DNA of 64,000 bases from Octopus bimaculoides (taxonomy: Eukaryota), in assembly GCF_001194135.2 (NCBI RefSeq), contig NC_069005.1, positions 16,663,059-16,727,058 of the forward strand. Direction: 5' to 3'. The notes beneath the pieces were generated by a model. It was not told the origin of the DNA. It saw only the letters and a list, made by a program, of their open reading frames with translations, and ran no database searches. A program made the translations under genes and the position numbers. Every line of letters begins with the position of its first letter. Position 1 is the first letter of the stretch. Below are positions 63,565 through 64,000 of this stretch, piece by piece.

Positions 63565-64000
63565 TATATGCATGTGGTGGCGTGCGTACACTTTGGTCTC
63601 TTATATGTAAGTATGCCCTAACTCTTTGAAACGCTTAGTTTTAGAATGGTGGCAGCTGATGAAGGAAATGTTCTCTATGTGGCCTGTGTGTTTTCTGTAC
63701 TCTGTTTATCATTTTGTCCACATGTTTTTGCAACGTCCTGTACCCAGATATGCATCTATATATACATGTAGATGTAGGTATGTACATACATGTATATACT
63801 CATATATTATTTATATTACATATATATATATATATAATATAATATAGGATAAATTCTTTATAAGAATTTATCAAGTAGTCAGCGTGAAAAAACCTCATAA
63901 TGAAAAAATAACGAAAAATTTCGTAATGGAAAGATTCATCGTTTCTCCATAGATATATTTAAATATATATAAAAAGGGCATTAACTGTGTATTAATACCT

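Noticed and set aside
63615-63680. Hammerhead-like motifs GAAAC...CTGATGA
   Set aside because: Stems I and II do not pair convincingly.
57124-64000. Terminal PPIL2 exon (expected ..GFGDFSSW-like end)
   Set aside because: No phase-2 exon with this motif was found; it probably lies in the gap or beyond the window.

Overview
AT-rich, microsatellite-rich animal genomic DNA with six assembly gaps (N-runs at about 5679-6576, 14096-14142, 18266-19066, 51212-51518, 53350-53651 and 62372-63270). The repeat landscape (tRNA-headed SINEs, RTE-tailed SINEs ending in (GAT)n, Penelope-like relics) suggests an octopus or other coleoid cephalopod, but this is inference. The only host gene I can support is PPIL2 (U-box/RING-type E3 ligase with a cyclophilin domain; Cyp60/CYC4) on the + strand. 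I traced 13 consecutive internal coding exons from 7106 to 57123 (1079 nt). All have GT-AG introns and phases that join into one open frame. The start and stop codons are not visible in the window. The introns are filled with decayed transposons: piggyBac relics with related ~220-bp MITEs, mariners, a MULE, Helitrons, two Ty3/Gypsy relics plus a candidate solo LTR, Penelope-like, R4/Dong, RTE and CRE retrotransposons, and SINEs. I found no clearly novel gene system. The most interesting observations are a His at the cyclophilin position equal to CypA W121, two nested inverted-repeat pairs around the three active-site exons, a Helitron carrying a telomere-like array, and several fold-back or palindromic elements.
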